From Octopus vulgaris (lineage: Eukaryota): DNA of 64,000 nt. The stretch lies in NCBI GenBank assembly GCA_951406725.2, contig OX597831.1:31062001-31126000 (forward strand). Reading direction: 5' to 3'. This document shows positions 38,641 to 52,151 of this stretch, in pieces (position 1 is the stretch's first letter; every line of letters starts with the position of its first letter). A program made the translations under genes and the position numbers. Under the pieces are notes generated by a model that worked only from the letters and a program-made list of their open reading frames with translations, was not told where the DNA came from and ran no database searches.

Positions 38641-39260
38641 CCTTTAAAATTCTTTAGCCCGAAGGCCGCGGCCATGCTGGGGAACCACCGCTGAACGATT
38701 TAACCCCGACGTGATATATATATACTATAATGGAGAAAGTTGTTTATTAATTAGGTATGTAACAATTACTAAAAGTACTTAAAGAAAGCAATTATTAAAG
38801 GGTTGACCGTCTGGAAATATTTTTATAAATTCATGTTCTAAGAAATTTCCTAGAATTTCGATTTCTCAAGCTTCTTGAATTTTTTTAACTTCAATTTCTC
38901 GCAAATTTGAATATTCATTGTCATTCACTGCGTCCAATTCACAAATTTAAATATTCATTACATTCACTGCGGAGTATTCCATTCTCGTTTGCAAATTCTC
39001 TTACACTCTCTCTTAAGTTTTCATTCGCTATTTGGCAAACCAACAGTTTATTCTATTAATGTATACGTAATTTATTAGTTATTGAATAAAAATGTTTGAA
39101 ATTCTCATTCATTTTTGAAGGCGGGATATCTGTGAGAAGAGTCTAGAAAATTGGGTAATTACTATCAGAGAACGAAAAGAAAAATAAAGACAAGTACTCG
39201 AAACTTGCTCCTTATTCACAGTTTCCAAACAGTCTGTACCACTAAGCCAATGTATATACC

Positions 39261-39679
39261 TATTTCTTTTACTACCCACAAGAGGCTAAACACAGAGAAG
39301 ACAAACAAGGACAGACAAAGGGATTAAGTCGATTACATCGACCCCAGTGCGTAACTGGTACTTAATTTATCGACCCCGAAAGGATGAAAGGTAAAGTCGA
39401 CCTCGGCGGAATTTGAACTCAGAACGTAACGGTAGACGTAATACCTATTTCTTTATTACCCACAAGGGGCTAAACACAGAGGGGACAAACAAGGACAGAC
39501 ATAGGTATTAAGTCGATTACATCGACCCCAGTGCGTAACTGGTACTTAATTTATCGACCCCGAAAGGATGAAAGGCAAAGTCGACCTCGGCGGAATTTGA
39601 ACTCGGAACGTAACGGCAGACGAAATACCGCTAAGCATTTCGTCCGGCATGCTAACGTTTCTGCCAGCTCGCCGCCTTA
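39261..39679 (-). mobile_element. SINE A head-to-tail partial dimer inside a single 17-bp TSD
   Basis: Units about 39261-39445 and 39446-39679; AAGCCAATGTATATACC at 39244-39260 and 39680-39696. Confidence 0.92.
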
Positions 39680-39933
39680 AAGCCAATGTATATACCAACA
39701 AGTTGCATGAGCGACTTCAACAGTAACACACTCGCGCACACACAGATTCACATACACACAATTGAAAGGCAATGAATGTGTGTGTGAGTGTGTGTATGTG
39801 TGTGCGTGGGGTGGGGTTGCTGTTCACTGACAAAACTTCGTGCTGCATTGTTTTTGTGAAGTTTTGTCAGTAAGCAGGTCGCAGTTTCAAAGCGAAGAAA
39901 ATATTTTGACACTTAAATACAAAGTTCCCATAA

Positions 39934-40532
39934 CGGACCTACTTAAATACAGAGGTACTATTTAAATACAGGGGGGAAGGAAGCACTCCGTCGGTTACGA
40001 CGACGAGGGTTCCGGTTGATCCGAATCAACGGAACAGCCTGCTCGTGAAATTAACGTGTAAGTGGCTGAGCACTCCACAGACACGTGTACCCTTAACGTA
40101 GTTCTCGGGGATATTCAGTGTGACACAGAGAGTGACAAGGCCGGCCCTTTGAAATACAGGTACAACAGAAACAGGAAGTAAGAGTGAGAGAAAGTTGTGG
40201 TGAAAGAGTACAGTAGGGATCACCACCATCCCCTGCCGGAGCCTCGTGGAGCTTTTTTTTAGGTGTTTTCGCTCAATAAACACTCACAACGCCCGGTCTG
40301 GGAATCGAAACCGCGATCCTACGACTGCGAATCCGCTGCCCTAACCACTGGGCCATTGCGCCTCCACCCTACTTAAATACAGAGGTACTATTTAAATACA
40401 AGTGTTACGTACAAAACATTTTAAATGTACGGTATGTGAACGTGTATTGACACTCTAACTAACCCTAAAACTAACCCTCCCCTTCATATTGTTACGTAGA
40501 TGCATCGGGACCTCTGTGTTTAAGTAGTGCCG
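39934..40532. mobile_element. MITE with about 23-bp TIRs and short telomere-like internal motif, interrupted by SINE C
   Basis: CGGACCTACTTAAATACAGAGGT vs ACCTCTGTGTTTAAGTAGTGCCG; CTAACCCTAAAACTAACCCT at about 40459-40478. Confidence 0.65.
39971..40367 (-). mobile_element. SINE family C (GGAGGCGCAATGGCCCAGTGGTTAGGGC head), full length, 33-bp TSD
   Basis: tRNA A/B boxes; CCTACTTAAATACAGAGGTACTATTTAAATACA at 39938-39970 and 40368-40400. Confidence 0.92.
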
Positions 40533-40779
40533 TGAAACTAACGGTTTTTGTGTGTTCTTGAATGGTTTACAAACATCTACACTGCAATTGTTGTTATTTC
40601 CGCACACGATCTCAGATCAAGTCACTTGCTATGCAGGTACATCTCAGTAAATTTTTTAAATCACTATGGATAAATGCCAGCAATGACCTTCTCAGGCTCT
40701 CCAATATTTTAATTTCTAAACAGAAACAATTAGGGGAGGGGTTCCAAAGAATTCATAATTTCTCAAATTTTCTTTTTTA

Positions 40780-41163
40780 TCTTTATATATAAACGTCAAG
40801 TTGTGTGTCTGTCTCCTACGATTTAGATTCCTAACTACTCCCACATTTTGCGGTGCAGTTTAACCAAAACCGGGTATCTTATAGTCGTGATTAATATCGA
40901 GTCCTTCTGGGTATTAGCGCGCGTCTACGATGAGTTTACGATTTTTACTATCATTACTATCATTTTTTTCCATTTTTAATGCATTTTTTTTGCTATTTTT
41001 GGCTATAACTCTCTAAAAATGTCTACGATGAGTCAACGATTTTTAAAAAAAATTACCATAATTTTGTTTCCATTTTTAATGCATTTTTTTGCTATTTTTG
41101 GCTATAACTCTCTAAAAATGCTTATATAGTTATTTCCCTTACAAACCCGAGCAACGCCGGGCC
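40780..41163 (+). mobile_element. Non-autonomous Helitron-like element with internal 98-bp tandem duplication
   Basis: A|TC start, TCTTTATATATAAA, GC-rich 3' hairpin CCCGAGCAACGCCGGG; duplication 40923-41020 and 41021-41119; no CTRR terminus seen. Confidence 0.65.
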
Positions 41164-41182
41164 ATATGTATATGCTGTACGG

Positions 41183-41552
41183 GGAGGCGCAATGGCCCAG
41201 TGGTTAAGGCAGCGGACTCGCGGTCATAGGATCGCGGTTTCGATTCCCAGACCGGGCGTTGTGAGTGTTTATTGAGCGAAAACACCTAAAGCTCCACGAG
41301 GCTCCTGCAGGGGATGGTGGTGATCCCTGCTGTACTCTTTCACCACAACTTTCTCTCACTCTTACTTCCTGTTTCTGTTGTACCTGTATTTTAAAAGGGC
41401 CGGCCTTGTCACTCTCGTGTGTCACGCTGAATATCCCCGAGAACTACGTTAAGTGGAGTGCTCAGCCACTTACACGTTAATTTCACGAGCAGGCTGTTCC
41501 GTTGATTCGGATCAACCGGAACCCTCGTCGTCGTAACCGACGGAGTGCTTCC
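41183..41552 (+). mobile_element. SINE C, 13-bp TSD, inserted in RTE relic
   Basis: ATATGCTGTACGG at 41170-41182 and 41553-41565. Confidence 0.92.
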
Positions 41553-41860
41553 ATATGCTGTACGGACTAGCGCAGGTGATTATGTCAGCGTCTGAGATTT
41601 TGTCATGCCACTTTATGCAAAAGAGTTTTCATATACAGGCGGTGACGAAGTGGTTCAGATTTGTTGATTGATGTTCGGTAACCGTCCACGTTTCACAGCC
41701 ATAGAATACAGATGTGAGAACTAAAGCCCGATACACCTTATTCTTTATTTCTAGGGTGATGCCTCTCCTGTTCTATACGATCTTATGGATTTTGTCAAAG
41801 GCAACATTCACTTTAGCATCTTTGGCATTTACCTCGGCATCAATGGCAACGTTTCCGGAG
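41553..41860 (-). mobile_element. RTE-clade LINE ORF2 relic
   Basis: IDAEVNAK.AK...AF..I..IV*NRRGITLEIKNKVYRALVLTSVFYGCETWTV..LNHF..C..KL..IKWHDKISD. Confidence 0.85.
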
Positions 41861-42287
41861 TGTGTATTCTATATACACAGTTGCACACAACTACACATTC
41901 ACACTTAATTATATGTAAAGAAGGAAAAAATATCTCATTATTATTCTTTTATTCTTATATTCAACTATTTTTACTCTACAAAGAATGTTCTTTTCCCAAA
42001 TCATCATCACGAGGAAGTGGCCTTTGTAATTAGTAATCCATAATACGGCAATATGGTCATAAGGGAATTCAATGAGTCGTGTGATTCTATTGAGTCTATG
42101 AGATATTCTCTTTTCTTTGTAGAAACCATTTGTTTCATCTTCCATATGCATTGTATATTAACGATAAACATGGTGCAGCGCAGTTGATAAGACGTTAAGC
42201 TTTAATTTCGTTAGTTGTTGTAGTCGTTATTGTTCTTGTTACTAGTATTGTTGTAGTTCTTCTTCTTCTTCTTCTTCCTCTTCCTCT

Positions 42288-42319
<32 letters not shown>

Positions 42320-42365
42320 TTCTTCTTCTTTTCTTCTTCTTCTTCTTCTTCTTCTTCTTCTTCTT

Positions 42366-42397
<32 letters not shown>

Positions 42398-42442
42398 CAC
42401 TACTGCTAACATTCATGCTACTTATTGTTATTATTATTAATG

Positions 42443-42570
<128 letters not shown>

Positions 42571-42611
42571 CATTATCATTATTATTATCATTATCATTAT
42601 CATTATTATTA

Positions 42612-42678
<67 letters not shown>

Positions 42679-42681
42679 CAT

Positions 42682-42785
42682 TGCTTTTTCTTCCAGGAGC
42701 GCTCGATCTTGTTTGCTCTGGTAGATTCTGAGAGAGTGGACAGCAACCTGCTGTCAGAGGTCTCACAAGGACTCTTTCCGCACAA
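42682..42785 (-). mobile_element. Short unique insert between two (ATT)n tracts, probable 3' tip of a Dong-like element
   Basis: About 100 bp flanked on both sides by (AAT)n, ends in AAAAAGC then AAT repeats on minus strand. Confidence 0.45.
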
Positions 42786-42866
<81 letters not shown>

Positions 42867-42879
42867 CATCATCATTATT

Positions 42880-43760
42880 TCATACACGCACAACAGATTA
42901 AACTGATGGAAAAGAAAAAATCCTAACATCGGGCTACAACAAGTAACCTTAGATGCCAAGAACCCTCCTTAGTATCCTTGCTGTCCCTAATAACGCTGTC
43001 TTCTGGAGCTGTACTAAATTGGGTTTCATGCCCATTTCCTCTATCCATCTGTTCAAATATTTAGGGATAGTTCTCACTGCACCCATAACTACTGGAATAC
43101 ATTTTACCCGCACTTTCCATAGTTTCTGTAATTCAATGGTGAGGTTCTGGTACTTTGCTATTTTTCTATACCTCTCATATAAATATTTTCATCATTTGGG
43201 AGTGTAAAGTCAATTATCGGGCACATTTAATTCTCTTTACCTACTACTACTTAATCAGGTCTTCTTGCTTCTATAACTCTCTCAGTCTGAATATTAAATT
43301 CCCACAACATCTTATATTTCTTACTTTCTAGTACTTTATTAGGTTCATTTTCATACCATTAACCAGTATGTTCAAATTCTAGCTGGATTATTCTCTCTAG
43401 GTTGTCATGCCTTATCTTGTATTCTTTCTATGCCAGCATACAACATTCACTTACTACATGAATAGCAGCTTCCTATTTTGATTTGCATAACCTACTATGA
43501 GAATCTACTTGGTTTTTGTCTATCTTGGCTTTTATCTAATTAGTCCTTAATACTTGATATTGTGCTGATGCTAAAAAATTCCTGTCTCCCTTTTCACCTT
43601 TTCTTTCTGCAACCATAAGTCGCTGGTGTCAGTTGTCCCTTCCTTATTGGTAGCACTATTATTTTTTTTTCCTTTAGCTTCTTTGGTTTGAGCTGTATCT
43701 CTTATGTTGTTTGTCATCCTTACTGCCTGGTCTTTTTTTTTCAGTTCTTTTGTGATCTCT
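42880..43760 (-). mobile_element. R4/Dong-like (RLE) LINE 3' part running into (AAT)n
   Basis: CCHC region (RLCKSK*EAAIHVVSEC), MLWEFNIQTERVIEARRPD..IID, KIAKYQNL..E..KLW, QKTALLGTARILRRVL. Confidence 0.88.
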
Positions 43761-43849
43761 TGAAGCAGGAAAGTAGAATTGTTCAAGAATTAAATATTTA
43801 TATTCATTAGCTTGATCAACAAATCTCTGCTCAGTCACTTTAAACATAT

Positions 43850-44252
43850 AGGCGCAGGAGTGGCTGTGTGGTAAGTAGCTTGCTAACCAACCACATGGTT
43901 CCGGGTTCAGTCCCTCTGCGTGGCACCTTGGGCAAGTGTCTTCTACTATAGCCCCGGGCTGACCAATGCCTTGTGAGTGGATTTGGTAGACGGAAACTGA
44001 AAGAAGCCTGTCGTATATATGTGTATATATGTATATATGTGTGTGAGTGTATGTGTTTGTGTGTCTGTGTTTGTCCCCTTAGCATCGCTTGACAACCGAT
44101 GCTGGTGTGTTTACGTCCCCGTCACTTAGCGGTTCGGCAAAAGAGACCGATAGAATAAGTACTGGGCTTACAAAGAATAAGTCTTGGGGTCGAGTTGCTC
44201 GACTAAAGGTGGTGCTTCAGCATGGCCGCAGTCGAATGACTGAAACAAGTAA
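43850..44252 (+). mobile_element. SINE B, full length
   Basis: Family B, plus orientation. Confidence 0.92.
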
Positions 44253-45402
44253 AAAAAAATCCTTTTCTACCCAAAGTGTTAACATCATTTTTCTATAGCC
44301 CCTTCTTTTAGGTTCACTTTCTAAGTAGCACTGCATCACTATCCTGTTGTCTTCACTGGTCGACTTCTCCTTACTCTATTATCTGTTGATGCGGTATTAG
44401 GATAACAGCTGTGGTCAGTCTGCATCATTACTGGACCATTGCCGAGCTAGAGGCCTTCTCTTAATGGTCCAGTTTACTTTTCGCTGTTACAATCAGAGTT
44501 TCTACGGCAACACCCGTCTCTCATAAACTGAGGTAAGGTAACGTTCGTCACCAACGTCACCACCATTATCATTTTTTAACATCTGAAAGTTTCAAGCAAC
44601 ATTCTATTGCATCATTTGTTGCACCTTTGTGCTGTTTCATGTGGGAGATATATTGTATTGCATCAGTATGTTTTGTTATAGGCTTTGGTTTGAGTTTTCT
44701 GTTGTTTTAGTTTTAGTATTGTGTGTTGTTTGTGCAGCGCTGGTTGTGTGTCGGCTTTCTATGACACATGTTCTGGGTTTTGCTCATTTTGTTAAGTATT
44801 AACTGTATGTTTATTCCTGTATGTTTTTGGAGGAGTGTTGCATAGGAGTGTGTGTTAATCATAAATCAATCATTTCATAGTATTGATGGTTTATCTGTCC
44901 ATCGTTCTTTCATTTTTGTTGGTTTTGTTATGGGTCCGTCTTTGCAGCATTTACTTTTCGATACAAAACCGCCAATGAACGTATGTTGATGCTTCTCTGG
45001 TATTTATAAGTATTATTGGTGTGTACGCGAGAGACAGCAATGTGCGTATATAAGAACCATAAGAAAATTATGTGTTTGTTTTAAAATTTGCGATTACAGT
45101 CTTGTGTAAATAAGGATGGATATGTAACTTAAATTTAAAATTTTAAATTTTACTCAGAAGTTTGCAGTTTCCGTATAGAAATATTGAAGTCCATGTGTCT
45201 ACATTTTTACGCACGTTTTGCTATGTCGGCGTATCTGAGGCAAAAATAGTCTTTCAGTTTCCTGAGACGGCTTCCATTAAAACATTGTTTTGTTTTAAAT
45301 ACTATTGTGGATTCTTAATTCCTGCTTCGTGATGGTTTTGTATTTGATCTATCTTCCCGGCAGCTCGCTGTTTGCTGTTTGCTATTGGGTGCCATTTGCT
45401 GC

Positions 45403-45492
<90 letters not shown>

Positions 45493-45564
45493 GATGATGA
45501 TGATGATGATCATCATCATCATCGTCATCATCATTATCATCATTATTATTATTACTATTATTAA

Positions 45565-45945
45565 TTTTGACTTTTGCTTTGCATTTGTACAATTTGGCTC
45601 CCAGTCTAACCCAGAGACCTCAAGAGACAACAAGTTAGAAGTTCATGTCGGTGTTGTGCCTAGGGTGCCATGTATTTGGTTTTGTACATAGTGTTATTCT
45701 AGATAATGTTTAAGAAACCATAAGAAAATTATGCGTTTGTTTTAAATTTTGAGATTACAGTCAGTATTTTACGTAGGATATGGGCAGTTCCCAGGAGCAC
45801 AATCTTTTGAATTTCTGCCATTTTGGTGTTTCCTGGTATCTGAGCTAGGTAGGAATCAGCCTCTTTTGCTATCATTCCTAGGGCACCTTTGACAACAAGT
45901 ATTGTTTTAGTCTTCAGTTTCTCCATTTTGCTAATTTCTATTAAA
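45565..45945 (-). mobile_element. R4/Dong-like LINE 3' end flanked both sides by (AAT)n
   Basis: LKTKTILVVKGALGMI...EIQKIVLLGTAHILRKIL; a degenerate partial copy lies at about 45050-45300. Confidence 0.85.
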
Positions 45946-45948
45946 ACA

Positions 45949-46023
<75 letters not shown>

Positions 46024-46036
46024 CATCATTATTATT

Positions 46037-46588
46037 GAATGAGAGAGCAGTGCATGTCATCAAAGTGACACTGGGGTAAAATATACGAAGCCCAGTATAC
46101 CCGTCATGACTACCCGTCTGATAAGGGCACACTAGGCACATGCATCACAACCATGTGTGCGTGATATGGTGATCTCATATCAAGATAAACAGCATATGAC
46201 CTTGCAGGTGGGGCCCAGTTAGAATTTTCCTCTGGTCGAGTAACCCATCCCACTCAAGTGGTCCCTTAATAAGGGTTGTTTAAGGATGTTGAACGAAACA
46301 TCATGTTTCCAGAGGTGAATTATTTAAACTCCAAAGAATCCCGCTCAACACATGGCTATGATGCTTCCCCACTATTTCTGCTCATGATCAGATATGCACA
46401 TACCATCAGTTACTAAGGACATGCTCAACTGGTTAAGGTCAAACAACTGACAAGCAAATCTGTGATATTGAGCGGAATATTTTCTGTAGCCCATCTTTTA
46501 TACCAAGCCAAAACAATGTACATGATAACACTTCCAATCAGTTAAGATTAGAAGCCACGAGAGCCACTGCCTGGTACTGCATCAGGGC

Positions 46589-46590
<2 letters not shown>
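46037..46590 (-). mobile_element. Non-coding element of about 555 bp inserted within (AAT)n
   Basis: (ATT)n on both sides; second partial copy at 35400-35600; no ORF. Confidence 0.75.
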
Positions 46591-46655
<65 letters not shown>

Positions 46656-46682
46656 GTTATTATTATTATAATTATCATTATT

Positions 46683-46717
<35 letters not shown>

Positions 46718-47016
46718 AACAATAATAATAATAATCACCATCATCGTTACCATCATCATCAGCAGCATCATCATCATCATCATCAGCATCATCATCATCA
46801 TCATCATCGTCGTCGTCGTCGTTGTTGTTGTTGTTGTTGTAAGAGAGCATTGCATGACACTGCTTATATTCTTTGCTCGGTGTTTTAGGCACTGAGCAAT
46901 CCCTCTTTTTACACTGAATTGATGGTGGGAATTGAAGTTAAGGTATCATCCAGTAAAGGCCGGCTTGCGGTATATTGATGTCCTGAATCCATACTTGGTG
47001 CGTGAAATTTCCTCAA

Positions 47017-47062
47017 GACACCTGATGAAGGCTGGAGGGTATATCAGCCGAAACGTTGTGTT
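47017..47062 (+). ncRNA. Minimal type I hammerhead ribozyme motif in repeat module 47004-47150
   Basis: GACAC CUGAUGA A GGCUG GAGGGUAUAU CAGCC GAAA CG UU GUGUU; palindromic AACGUU stem III. Confidence 0.72.
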
Positions 47063-47576
47063 AACAACAAACAAGATGAGGACAAATATCCGTCAAATGT
47101 AAATAATGTAAATTATGTACATAATTCCTTATCTCTTAAATATAGAGCTGTACTAATACAGGATTTTCATAAATTATCCTTACATCTTGCAAAATTTTTG
47201 CATCTATTAAAGATGAGATCCAACTTCTTTATACCTAATGGAGTCCACGTGGAAGTGTTGTAGTATTTTTAGTAAATCTACATATGTTTGCCTGGGTTAT
47301 CTATTAAACTCTGCTGAATTATCTTTATTTTTTTATTTTTTCCTGATTTTTTCAAATTGTAAAGGTAATTTATGGACAACCTGTATATATTATATAGTAA
47401 AGTATATATTCACCAAAACGGTAGTATATTAATTGTTGATGCATATTGAATATATATTTATTTATTATACAATTGTATATTTACTCTTGTTGCGGAGAAA
47501 ATATAATGAAATCGGTCTTTTGAAATCATCTTCACGATAAACAAAATACGGATATCAGAATATCTAATATTTATGT

Positions 47577-47790
47577 AAGGCGGTGAGCTGGCAAATCGTT
47601 AGTACGCCGGGCAAAATACTTAGCGGCTTTTCATCTTTACGTTCTGAGTTCAGATCCCACAGAAATCGACTTTGTCTTTTATCCTTTTGAGGACGATAAA
47701 CTAAGTCTGATTTGAGTACTAGGATCGATGTAAGCAACTTATCCCTCACCAAACTTGCTATTCTTGTACCAAAATTTGAAACCAATATTA
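47577..47790 (+). mobile_element. SINE A
   Basis: Family A head and body. Confidence 0.8.
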
Positions 47791-48359
47791 TTCAAAGAAA
47801 TGATATGATTTTCTTCTTAAATATTTTTCGGTGACTATGGGAGATAACTCTCGACATGTTTGAATTTTATTCAAGTTTCATTAGTAAAACCATGGTTTTA
47901 TTTAACTTTAACTTGCCAAGCATCTAAATCGAAAGAATCGCTAAAAATACATTCGCAGAAATTCGCAATAAACCTCTTGAAGCAAGAATGTAGAATTGTT
48001 CAAGAATTTAATATTTATATTAATTAACTATTATTAGAGCCTTAACATTTTAAAACTATTTGTTATTTATTTATCTATTTTAAGCTAAATTTTAGTCTAA
48101 TGTAAAACTGTTTGCCTGCAGAAACAGCTGTTATTTGTTAATTCCTGTGAATACTTTATTGAAGGAAGACCAGATTCAAGTGCAACTGTTTTGAGAAGAT
48201 GCCAACCCGCCACCAGATAGCATAGGATAGAGTAATCAAGTAGATTTTATTCATCTTCGGTAAGTAAACAGATTTCAGATTCCTCAGTTGACCATCCGTA
48301 TTTTCTTCATAAAACTAAGTTTATGCCTTTCTCTATTTTCACCTTCTCTTACACACACA

Positions 48360-48394
<35 letters not shown>

Positions 48395-48684
48395 TCCCTC
48401 CCTCTCTTTCTCGCTCTCTTTTTCACTTCATGTCATTCTTTCTTTCATATATACATACATTATACGCACACACACATACGTGCCTACATAGGTACATACG
48501 CAACTCTGTTTGCAAAAATGAGAAACCGTCTTGGATGTTTTATATTCTGACGCAGATTCCATCTCCGGATATGGCGGATGGAATTTATATGACGACTAGA
48601 AAATACATAAACTCATTCGTTGCACCTGTGCACAATCATAAGATTTTGTGCACAAACAACCTACACACAACAAGCTGTATTTGC

Positions 48685-48715
<31 letters not shown>

Positions 48716-49049
48716 TGTTTGTATGTACGTACGTATGTATGTACGTATGTATGGATGTATGTATGTATGCATGTATGTATGTACGTATGTATGTATGTAT
48801 GTATGTTTGTATGTACGTACGTATGTATGTATGTATGTGTGTATGTATGTATGTATGATGTATGTATGTATGTATGTATGTATGTATGTATGTATGTATG
48901 TATGTATGTATGTATGTATGTATGTATGTATGTATGTATGTGTGTGTATGTGTAAATGAATGTATGACTGAATGCAAAAGTGAGTATTGTATAAAATATA
49001 TAGATGCTTGTATGTAAACATATACTAATATTACAACCCTTCATATATG

Positions 49050-49124
<75 letters not shown>

Positions 49125-49354
49125 TACATACATATTGGCGCAGAATTGGCTGTGTGGTAAGAAGCTTGCTTTCCCAACCACATGATTCCGGTTTCAGTCC
49201 CATGGCTTGATTCCTTGGGCAAATGCCTTCAACTATAGTCCCGGGCCAACGAAAACTTTTATGAACGTGTGTGCGAACGCGTCTTTGTGTGTGTACTTGT
49301 CCCCCCCCCCACCACCACCACCACCACTTGACATCCGGATTTGGTTTCTTTTTG

Positions 49355-49680
49355 CCGAGATATAATTTTATTGCTTTGATCTTTCAAAATATCTGGCTTA
49401 TTAAGTTTTGATGGTCGGGTCTGTATGTACCGGAAAGTCCCAAAGAATCGTTTCATTTTCCTCCTTCAATTACAAACGCAGGACGATGCTTGTGCCATTT
49501 GTCAGCAGTTTTGGTTCTCTAGATTTATACTCGACTGGTATTAAAACCTGACACCCAGAGATTTGGTGGTTCACTGTTTCAAGCTCATCGTTACAGTATC
49601 AGCACTTTGAGTCTACTCCATTTTCATCACGTTGGCTTGGTAGTTCCGGTCCAATAAGCTATGATCTTGATTATTCGTAG
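49355..49680 (-). mobile_element. RLE-type LINE fragment, next to partial SINE B (49137-49350) and partial SINE A (49805-49932)
   Basis: DSKC*YCNDELETVNHQISGC (CCHC) and ENETILWDFPVHTDPTIK.NKPDI. Confidence 0.8.
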
Positions 49681-49705
49681 TTATCATTAATATTATTATT
49701 ATTGA

Positions 49706-49780
<75 letters not shown>

Positions 49781-49932
49781 CATTATTATTATTATTATTA
49801 TTCACTCAAAATTCCGCCGCGGTCGACTTTGCCTTTCATCTTTTCGGGGTCGATAAATTAAGTAACAGTGAAACACTGGGATCGATGTATTCGACTATTC
49901 CTCTTCTCCAAATTTCAAGCCTTGTGCCTATA

Positions 49933-50025
<93 letters not shown>

Positions 50026-50446
50026 AAAGTAGTAGTTATAGTTTTTGTTGTTGTTCTTGTGTCAGTTTTTTTTCTTTTATATTTCTCATATAATTCTCTT
50101 TGTTCTCTTTCGCATCTTACTTTTACTCTTCTTCCTCACCCTTTCTAACGTTTCTTCTTTCTTGATCCCTTGCTTCGGCGGCCATTTTTCACCCATATCT
50201 TCATCATCTACGATTCTCTTGTCTTCCCGTTTTCCCATTTTTCATTCTTTCCATCAATTTTATTTTCGCTCCTTTTCTATACTTTGATCTATCCGCACGT
50301 TCATCAACATTGTTTAATAGACAAATACACACGCGCACATACACTCGCGCGCACACACAAATACACACACACACGTATTTACTATGCATATGTGCCTGCG
50401 CATGTGTGTAAGCGTGTTTGTTTGTTTGAATGTGTGCGTGTATCCA

Positions 50447-50491
<45 letters not shown>

Positions 50492-50520
50492 TCACACACA
50501 TATTTATACGTTTATATATG

Positions 50521-50577
<57 letters not shown>

Positions 50578-50621
50578 GCATGTGTATGTACACAAACATT
50601 ACATGATTATAAATATTTAAT

Positions 50622-50652
<31 letters not shown>

Positions 50653-50833
50653 ATATTTATAAATATATATATATACATGCATAAAGAGACACACACCCAT
50701 ATACATCGAAAGATATACTCACACGCATGCGCGCGCGCACACACACACAAACATATATATATATACACATACATACATATAAATATGCAAACATACATAC
50801 ATACATACATACATACATACATACATACATACA

Positions 50834-50864
<31 letters not shown>

Positions 50865-51630
50865 GCGTGTAAACCTGCAGACATGCATGTATATATTTTA
50901 CGTATTCTTTACAGCGCTCAGTTCTTTCGCTCCGGTAAGTGAAGATAATTTGATGTTTTATTGATAGCTACAACAAACACAGATCAATATCTAACTTCGT
51001 GTCTGTATATTCCACGGTTGTCCACGACACCCTATATTTCTTATCTTTATCAATGACATCAGCTACATCATGATACATATTATGTTCAGAAAGTTGTTGC
51101 TATGATACTATAATAGAAGTCCTTGGTACACAGCAGTGGATCCTCGTTCTAAACAATATCCAATTTGACCTTGGTTTTTCAAAGTCGAATAGGTGACATT
51201 TGAGAGATATTTGCATGCTATTTCCAGCTGCTCAACCGCCTTCTTTGGTTCGGTGGCTTCTTCGCTAATTGTATAAGGTTGGGGCGAATGACTGTTCAAA
51301 GAGAGAAAATCGTTCTAGAGAAGAAAAAATGACTGTAGAAGGAAAAGACATGTTCAGAATCGAGAGGGCAACTACGGTAGAAAAGGATGGAAAATTGTTG
51401 ACACGAAAAACAATTCATCCATTTAACAGTTCTTCGATTCACCAGTTAAACAAACTAAAACAAATTTTCGAAAACCCGGAAAATACGTTAAAGGAATAAA
51501 ATGGCTATATTTGCTGCGTTTGATCAAAATAACTTTTCTTAAAATTTCGTAAAAAATATATATATATATTTTTTTTCTCTTTTGCCCTTGCTTATAAATT
51601 CTACTAGAATTTTTCTAAAAAATCCCGTTA

Positions 51631-51691
51631 TTACCATATCGGACCCGATTTCAGAGTTAATTCATAAGAACCTTCCCTTCATCAGTGATAA
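51631..51691 (-). ncRNA. Type I hammerhead ribozyme, predicted cleavage after AUA (between 51637 and 51636)
   Basis: UUAUCA CUGAUGA AGGG AA GGUUC UUAU GAAUU AA CUCU GAAA UCGG GU CCGA UA UGGUAA: 6-bp stem I with one GU, extended stem II, near-palindromic stem III. Confidence 0.82.
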
Positions 51692-51832
51692 ATGCGGAAA
51701 GAAATAAGTGAAATACTTACTTATACCCATGGAAGAAGTGAACACTAAGTCATGAGCACAATTAAGTACCCCAAATATATCCAAAATAGAAACTCTCTAG
51801 CCCATCTCGAGACACGTGCGATTCGAACTGAA

Positions 51833-51911
<79 letters not shown>

Positions 51912-51936
51912 TACATACATAGATATATATACATAT

Positions 51937-52000
<64 letters not shown>

Positions 52001-52151
52001 CGGAAACAGTCATCAAAGCCAGAAGGAGACGGCCTTCTGTTAGGGGCCCGCGAAAGTCGCATGGAGCCGAATCAAACTATTTTAAATAATAATACATGTG
52101 ACTCATACAAAATATGCTGAGAGGCTTTTTCTTTCGTTTGTCCACATATTC

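Noticed and set aside
41567-41570. CTAG as Helitron 3' terminus
   Set aside because: It lies within the RTE relic reading frame and is not followed by T.
43763-48030. 50-bp direct repeat at 43763-43812 and 47980-48030; 35-bp repeat at about 36807-36840 and 37275-37308
   Set aside because: Too short and AT-rich to interpret; not clear TSDs.
51000-51499. ORFs 51108-51299 and 51269-51499 and an LIFINDI RT-like peptide
   Set aside because: Too short and unspecific to assign; possibly retroelement debris.
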